Below are positions 55,579 to 64,000 of a stretch of DNA of 64,000 nucleotides, one piece after another. How positions within the stretch are numbered: position 1 is the stretch's first letter; each line of letters starts with the position of its first letter. Position numbers and translations under genes: made by a program. The notes beneath the pieces are model-generated. The model was not told where the DNA came from, ran no database searches, and saw nothing but the letters and a program-made list of their open reading frames with translations. Source of the stretch: Octopus vulgaris (Eukaryota); NCBI GenBank assembly GCA_951406725.2, contig OX597824.1, positions 51,956,001 to 52,020,000 on the forward strand, written 5' to 3'.

Positions 55579-55971
55579 TATATACATATATATATGTATA
55601 TATATATATATATGCATATATATATATATATAGATGTATATATATATATATATATTTGTATATATGTATATGTATACACACACATACACAAATAAATATG
55701 CATGTACATGTATAGGTCGTTATGTATGCATCTGTGCATATGCATATGTATGTGAGTGCAATATTTACCTGTTGCGATGCCCGAGAGTTTTTCGTACTCT
55801 GCAGTATTTACACTTACAAAATGTTTGATAAGTGTGATGAACGAACATGTCGCCCTTGGAGAAACAGGTAAATAATATAAAATCTGTGTGCTTGTGTGCG
55901 TATATATATATAAATATATGTGTGTCTATAATATAATATATATATATATATATATATATCGATCGATAGAT

Positions 55972-56003
<32 letters not shown>

Positions 56004-56114
56004 GGATAGATAGATAGATAGATAGTGAGATATGTATGTGTGTGTAAATGTATATATGCCTGAACATTTGTGTGTATAAGTGTGCCTGTGTGTTTGTGTG
56101 TGCGTGTGAGTATT

Positions 56115-56148
<34 letters not shown>

Positions 56149-56360
56149 CGTATATGTATGAGTATATGCGTATGTATATGAATGGATATATATGTGTGTG
56201 TGTGTGTGTGTGTGCGTATGTGTATGTAAATATGAATATATACTTACCTAAATATACTTATAGCGTGTATGAATATGTATAAATATACGTATATGTATTG
56301 TATATGTACGTTTATTTGCAGGTATATATGGATGTGTGTGTGTCTGTATATATATATAGG

Positions 56361-56452
<92 letters not shown>

Positions 56453-56474
56453 GTACAGTTTACGAAATTCTTTT

Positions 56475-56665
56475 ATTCTTTTATCCGTTTTAGTCACTGA
56501 CTGCTGGAGTACCGCCTTTAGTCAAACAAAATCTACCTCAGGACTTATTCTTTGTAAGGCTAATACTTATCCTATCGGTGTCTTTTGCTGAACCGCTACA
56601 TTACGGGGAGATAAACACACCAGCATCGGTTGTCAAGCGATGGTGGAGAGGCAAACACAGGCACA
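56475..56665 (-). mobile_element. SINE family C, 3' half
   Basis: gctggagtaccgcctttagtc...caggacttattctttgtaag...catcggttgtcaagcga. Confidence 0.85.
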
Positions 56666-56678
56666 TACATATATACAA

Positions 56679-56811
<133 letters not shown>

Positions 56812-56860
56812 CATATATATATATACTGTTTCATTCAGAACCCCGACTCAACCCGGGACC

Positions 56861-56921
<61 letters not shown>

Positions 56922-57387
56922 GTATACATATACATACTTAAATATGTGTGTGTGCGTATGTGTGTGTGTGTGTATCTTGATAGGAAATGTAATTGTCTAG
57001 GAAGTGATTAAATGATTTGTTTTGTGACAGTTTTGGTACTACAGCGGTTACAGCGTGGAAAACATATCAGCCTTGGAACCCCTCCACCCAGAAAATGAAA
57101 GGCAAAAAAAAATAAATAAATAACTATGAAATTCCCTTAATAGTTTCTTATTGGAGGTAAAACTTTTATCGACCTCTCTTTCCATCCTAATCAATGAGGT
57201 AATCGTAAAGCTGCAATTGAGTTTCACCAACGATTAGGCTGCAGATAAGCTACTAAAAAGTATCAAATAATAAATGATTAAGGGATGTTATAACTTTGCA
57301 TAGTTTTAGATGGGTAATGTCTTTCACACTCAAATGTCAGTGTACACATACACTTATGTATGCCAATATGCTTATGTATAAACATGC

Positions 57388-57432
<45 letters not shown>

Positions 57433-57440
57433 GTGCGTGT

Positions 57441-57487
<47 letters not shown>

Positions 57488-57488
57488 C

Positions 57489-57591
<103 letters not shown>

Positions 57592-58325
57592 TACATACAC
57601 ATACATGCATACATATATATATTTATATATATATATATACATATATTTAGTCAATTCAAAAAACAGAGAAAGAAACGGAAAAGAAAAACAAACAAGCAAT
57701 CCATTAATATGACGTTCGGATGAAGAAGGTATATATATATATATATACACTCACATATATGTTTGTGTGCGCGTATGTATATATGTATGTATATGGATTT
57801 TTCTTTACATATACGTGTTTATTCATATCTACCTATATATATATATATATATATACATACATACATCCATACATGCCTATACATACATATACATACATAT
57901 ATATATATGTATATACATTTACATATATATACATATGTGTGTGTGTGTGTGTGTATGTGTGTGTGTGTGTGTGTGTGTGTATGAGTCTGGATTTGTATGT
58001 GACCGTGTGCCTTTGCTCACATATACGCGCGTACATATATACAAACATTTATCTACTTTTCTGTATGTTTGTTAACGTGTGTATACATTTTATGTACATA
58101 AAGAAGACCAAAAGGATTCCTCTCTGCAAAATTCTACTCACAAGTTATCTTTCAATGCAAAGCTGTAAATAGAAAACATCCGGCCCAGTTGCTGTCGTTT
58201 AGATTCGAACGCGGAAGCACGTGGTTGGAAAGCACCCTGACAATCATGCACCCTATGTTGTATCTGATATTTATATTTTAGTTTTACCCCCCTCTCTTCC
58301 TCATCGGTTGTCGTCGCCGTCGTTG

Positions 58326-58357
<32 letters not shown>

Positions 58358-59018
58358 GCCACCACCATTATCGTCATCGATATCACCATCGCTGTCGTTG
58401 TCATCGATATCACCATCGAGTTGTCATCGTTGTCACTATCATCATCACTATTATCACCGTCATTAATAAATATTAGGGGGTAGAATCACAATTACTGATT
58501 GAAAATACATGCGCGACACATACACACATACATGCATGTATGTGTCTATGTATGTTTGTATGTATGTGTATGTATGCATTGCAAAATTAATAAATGTTGT
58601 CCTAGAATGCTGAGATATTGACGAGGGCGTCCACACAATTTAGCCTCACAGAGGTTGTATTTTGAAAAAGAATGTTATAAAGAATGAAACAACTTTGTGT
58701 TTTTATATTCGAATGGATATTTGTGTGTGTGTGTGTGCGTGCGTGTATGTATCGGTGTGTAGTGAATGTGTATTGGTGTGTAAATGGATCTCTATTTACG
58801 CGTGTGTAATTGTTGCTGTTAGGGTTCAGCTTCAGTTCGGACCTAATCGACTCCGTTCCAACCATGACCAACTGTTTACTTTCTGTTTTAAAACAATATA
58901 GTTTGATTGTTTTTACACTATTACTAACTGATGTTCCCTGTGTGTATGTATGAGTGAACGCGCGTGGTTGCTCATTTCTGTGTACGCGATTTATGTGTAC
59001 GTGTATGTGTGTGAGCGC

Positions 59019-59061
<43 letters not shown>

Positions 59062-59072
59062 CATTAACACAT

Positions 59073-59152
<80 letters not shown>

Positions 59153-59171
59153 GTGTGTGTGTATACACTTG

Positions 59172-59206
<35 letters not shown>

Positions 59207-59558
59207 TCACATCTGTAGAATTGTGTATTTTTTAGATGCACAATGGTGAACTGCGTGTCTGTTTAGCCCCAGGTCAGTCATGATCCCGCACATATATGAT
59301 CAGAAGCCTTTCAATAATGGCTATTTTAATGTGTTCGGTTCCAGACAGTATTTCATACAATGTATCCTTCTTTTTGTTCTTACACAAGAAGAAATCAACG
59401 ATACGGCTGCTATTTCACGCAGATCGATTGATCAAATTGAGTCTTCTCTCACGTTGGCTCCCGTTAGTGTGCGTGATTTTGTTTGTTTACGTGTATGTTT
59501 GTTTGTCTCTGTGGTGTTTGTGTACATGCAAGTTTGCACGCGCGCGGAGACATGTGCT

Positions 59559-59614
<56 letters not shown>

Positions 59615-60125
59615 GAGCGTGCAAACAGTGACTTACCTGTGTTATAAAATTAATAGCTGATAACGCACATTGCTGTTGTTCCGTGGTAAAAACTTGTATG
59701 ATTATAGATAGATGTCTGTATGGTTGGTTGTACCTAGCTGTTTGGTTGACTTGGCTTGGCTCACAGGCTGGTTGGCTGGTTGGATGCCTGTGTATGGTGG
59801 TGGGGGTTATAGTAGAGGTTGTGTTGTTGTTGGTGGTGGTGGATTGGTGGGATGGATAGCTAGTTGGTCGGTAAGCTGGCTGGCATTCCTGTAAGTATGT
59901 GTGTGCTTTGGGTGGTGCTGAGTATGTCTACGGTGTGAGTTGGTGCCAATAATAAGTAAATGTAATGTGATGTATGTGCGTGAGTGTATGTGCCTTTGGT
60001 CTGTGTACATTGTATGCATGTGTATGTTTGTGTGTTAACATGTGCACGTAGGAGTACATATATGTGTGTGTGTGTGTGCATATGTGTCTGATTTATTAAA
60101 AACAATTATACATATGCGTGTATAT

Positions 60126-60194
<69 letters not shown>

Positions 60195-60327
60195 ATATAT
60201 ATATGTATATATATATGTGTGTATATATGTCTATCTATCTATATATTTATCTATAAACACACACACACATATATATATATACAGATATACATATATATAT
60301 AAGTGCGTGAGTATGTGTGTGTATCTG

Positions 60328-60436
<109 letters not shown>

Positions 60437-60544
60437 GTCTGTCTCTCTATACATATATATACATACATAAATATATATGCACACATAGAAATATTTATGG
60501 ATATATTACGTGGATATATGTATATTCTTTTCTTCCTTTTTCCT

Positions 60545-60874
60545 CTTACTTGTTTCAGTCATTTGACTGTGGCCATGCTGGAGCACCGCATTTGTTCGAA
60601 CAAATCGACCCCAGGAGTAATTCTTTGTAAGCCTAGTACTTATTCTATTGGTCTCTTTTGCCAAACCATTATGATATGGGGATGTAAAAACACCAACATC
60701 GATTGTCAAGCGATGGTGACGGGGCAAAAACAGACAGACACACACATACATATAAGGGGCTTGTTTCAGTTTCCAATTACAAGGCTTTGGTAGGCCCGAG
60801 GTACCACGCAGTGGGACTAAGCCCGGAACCATGTGGTTGGGAAGCAAGCTTCTTACCACATAGCCACGCCTGCG

Positions 60875-60878
<4 letters not shown>
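60545..60878 (-). mobile_element. SINE family C, full length with deletions
   Basis: Tail cttacttgtttcagtcatttgactg; head cttaccacatagccacgcctgcgccta. Confidence 0.9.
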
Positions 60879-60925
<47 letters not shown>

Positions 60926-61427
60926 GGACAATTTAATATAATACAATATAATGTGCTTCTGTGTGCGCATGCGTGTGTACGTATGTGATTGTGTATGTGT
61001 GTGTATGAATATGTGTGTATGTGTGTGTTTTGGTTTTTGGATGGTATCTACTGCGTATATACCTCTGTGTACATGTATATGTACAATGGTGGCGGTGAGA
61101 TGTGTGACTCTGTATGATGCATGTGCTTCGGTGTAGTACCGCTGATGCTATGAAAAAGGAGAGGCTAACAAATTAATGTGTATATACATGCATCTATATG
61201 TATTTACATTTATGTATATGTGTATGTGTGTGTGTGTGTATGTGTGTTTGTGTGCGCACACGTGCACGTCGGTGTGTGTATAGTTGACGTGTGTGGTGTG
61301 TCGCATGCTCACGAGTGTACTGTGATGACGGAGGTGCAGAGAGCTATACTTCAAAGAAAGTTGTGTTTATAAGTATGTCTGTGTGTGTGTTTGTGTGTGT
61401 CCGTGTGTATCTATGTATGTATGTATG

Positions 61428-61482
<55 letters not shown>

Positions 61483-61575
61483 ATATCTATCTATCTATCT
61501 ACCTATGTATGTATGTATGTATGTATGTATGTATCTATCTATCTATCTATCTATATATATATATATATATATATA

Positions 61576-61669
<94 letters not shown>

Positions 61670-61794
61670 TAAATTAGAGATAAAACCACTATTAGGCAAA
61701 TCATACAATGAAAAACTTAAGCCAATACATAAGATCAATTAATTTTTATTATTTTAAATATATATCAAAATTATTAAAAAAAGATAATTAGTAT

Positions 61795-61862
61795 AACACT
61801 ACGATCGTTTCATGGCTGTCCAATTCGTAAAAAATCGAGTTACAGTCATTCTTCAGGTGATT
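61795..61862 (-). ncRNA. Type-I hammerhead ribozyme, canonical core, GUA triplet
   Basis: Minus strand cac-CTGAAGA-atgactgt...acagccat-GAA-acgatcgt-A-gtg; long stem II, 8-nt palindromic stem III; lies in cassette 61668-61890 bounded by (TA)n. Confidence 0.8.
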
Positions 61863-62012
61863 GAAATATTTAACTTGGCGAGATTTAATCAATATATATA
61901 TATATATATATCCGTATGTATACTTGTATATAAACTTATGCATGTATGTAAAAACATATGTATATACATGTGTGTGATTTATTAAGAACGGATATATGTA
62001 AACATATATGTA

Positions 62013-62066
<54 letters not shown>

Positions 62067-62125
62067 GGAGTAAACACATAAATGTGAAACAAGGTGGAAA
62101 AAAGAGTACTCAAATACCAGTGGTA

Positions 62126-62177
62126 GCAAAAACTGTCTGATGAACGGCAACGAGAAACTCAGAGTAACAGATTTTGT
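62126..62177 (+). ncRNA. Type-I hammerhead ribozyme, canonical core, GUA triplet
   Basis: gcaaaaactgt-CTGATGA-acggcaacga-GAA-actcagagt-A-acagattttgt; 11-bp stem I with one mismatch; A-A mismatch at the base of stem II. Confidence 0.78.
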
Positions 62178-62381
62178 TGAATTTTCTGCTGCTTAAAATA
62201 AAGTATATATATATATATGTATATATGTATGTATAGGTCTTATATGTATACCATTCTGCCTAAATAATGGATCTACAGATGCAATATCCCTATATATCTC
62301 ACGTCTATTTTCATTAATCTACTTCACTCTCTATTTCATATCTTATTTAGAGTAACTATTGCTTAACCATTATCTCACACC

Positions 62382-62430
62382 GTCTCCGATGAAGGGATAT
62401 ATAAAATATCTCGGAAACAACTGTACCACT
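62382..62430 (+). ncRNA. Hammerhead-like motif, U4C core, partly decayed
   Basis: CCGATGA-a-gggatat-ataaa-atatctc-g-GAA-acaactgt-A. Confidence 0.55.
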
Positions 62431-62738
62431 TTCTATTTGTAAATGTTTTAAAATCCTTCATAACCTTGGATTTTTATCTCATTCTGAAAAAAAATTTTAT
62501 ATGTACACATGCTGATATATGATCTACGTGGGACTCCTCATTCGCATAATCACCGAACCTGGAGCTTAACTATAGTCTGTCCATAGCATTTATTCAGCAT
62601 TACCTGACACCTTGAGGTCTTATTGACACCATTACCTTTCATAACTTCTCTCTATATAGGTCTATATAAATATGTATATATATATTTATATATATATATA
62701 TATATATACGTAAATATATATATCTACATATATACATG

Positions 62739-62793
<55 letters not shown>

Positions 62794-62818
62794 ATGTATA
62801 TATATATGTATGTGTATG

Positions 62819-62859
<41 letters not shown>

Positions 62860-62936
62860 ATATATATATAGCCATATGTATATATATGTCTATATGTATA
62901 TAGACTCATAGATATATATGTATATATATACATGTA

Positions 62937-63825
62937 CAGGGTGCGATGCGTAAACTGTTGACATTTTGTAATTTTGAATGCGCACATGCGCTTAGTTTAT
63001 TTTTTATTTTGTTGACTACACAGTATGGTAGGGTTAGTTGGGCACCGTCTTGAGATAAACAGCACCATGACGCAATTCACTCTCTCAGAAATCTGGAGAT
63101 GGCATGCTGTACTGCGTGCTATTCGAGCGAGAAGCTCCAATACGAACATTTCCGAGTGTTTGTGTGTCAATCTGAGGACAGTGCAATCCGAGGACATGTA
63201 CCGAGTGTAATAAAAATCAAACATCCATTAAACATCATGCTGTTTGGCGTGATCGCTAGTGATAGCGGCGTTATGCCTCCATTCATCTTCCCATATAATC
63301 TCAGACTCAACAGGGAGCCTGCATCAAGTGCCTGGAGGAGGTAGTGCTGCCCTGGGTCAAGAGTGTGGCTGCTGGAAGACCCTTTGTTTGGCGACAGGAC
63401 TCTGCACCATGCCACACAAGCAGGAGAACTTAGCCATGGTTGTCAGACAATTTCTGCGACCACAACACCCGTAACATCTGGCCACCTAACTCCCCAGAAT
63501 ACAACCCCCCTTGATTATTATGTGTGGGGTGCAGTTGAATGAGAGACGAACAAAACTCCTAACACCAAAGATGAACTGAAGGCAAGGATTATGGCAGCAT
63601 TCACCAACTTAAACAAGGAGACCGTCCAGAAAAGTTGCAGGAGCATTCGAAGCCGTCTGGAGGCAGTGGTTGAAGCCGATTTTAGTGAATTTAGTGAATG
63701 AATTTACTCTGTAGTATTTCAAGATATTTTTATGTAATTTTGGTAAATATATCTGATATCTGTTAAAATGAGATGTCGGTGTTATTTTTGCGTAATTTTG
63801 ACGATAGTTTATTCACCGCATCCTG
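62937..63825 (+). mobile_element. DD37D (maT-family) Tc1/mariner element, internally deleted, both TIRs and TA TSD present
   Basis: TA|cagggtgcgatgcgtaaactgttgaca...tgacgatagtttattcaccgcatcctg|TA; QDSAPCH...WPPNSPEYNPLD has 37 residues between the Asps once one frameshift is corrected; N-terminal HTH joined directly to the catalytic half. Confidence 0.9.
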
Positions 63826-63900
63826 TATGTATGTATGTATGTATGTATGTATGTATGTATGTATGTATGTATGTATGTATGTATGTATATATGTATGCAA

Positions 63901-63936
<36 letters not shown>

Positions 63937-63970
63937 ATGCATATATGTGAATACATGCCAGGGTGCGCGA

Positions 63971-64000
63971 CTTTTACTTGTTTCAGTCATTGGACTGCGG
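63971..64000 (-). mobile_element. SINE family C 3' end, continuing beyond the window
   Basis: cttttacttgtttcagtcattggactgcgg. Confidence 0.8.

Overview
Eukaryotic, repeat-saturated intronic or intergenic DNA. The SINE families, the dense (TA)n/(CA)n/(TCTA)n/(ATGT)n microsatellites and the transposon mix suggest a coleoid cephalopod, probably Octopus (inference). I found no host protein-coding exon; almost all listed ORFs are microsatellite translations. Recognisable content: three decayed DD34D mariners; one internally deleted DD37D (maT) element with both TIRs; two Tx1-clade LINEs, one young and nearly open, inserted in (TCTA)n; R4/Dong LINE remnants next to (ACAT)n and (TAA)n; CR1/L2-group and Penelope (PLE) fragments; a 1053-bp solo LTR; and many modular tRNA-derived SINEs. 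The main unannotated signal is about a dozen minimal type-I hammerhead ribozyme (HHR) motifs with palindromic stem III. They sit in short non-coding cassettes between microsatellites, resembling PLE termini or retrozymes, and include core variants: a G3:C8 swap inside an inverted duplication, an A6U family and U4C copies. Also notable are a 215-bp near-identical direct duplication and a compact enhancer-like motif cluster (RFX X-box, DR1, TCF). All alignments and folds were done by eye; element boundaries are approximate unless a TSD or TIR is given.
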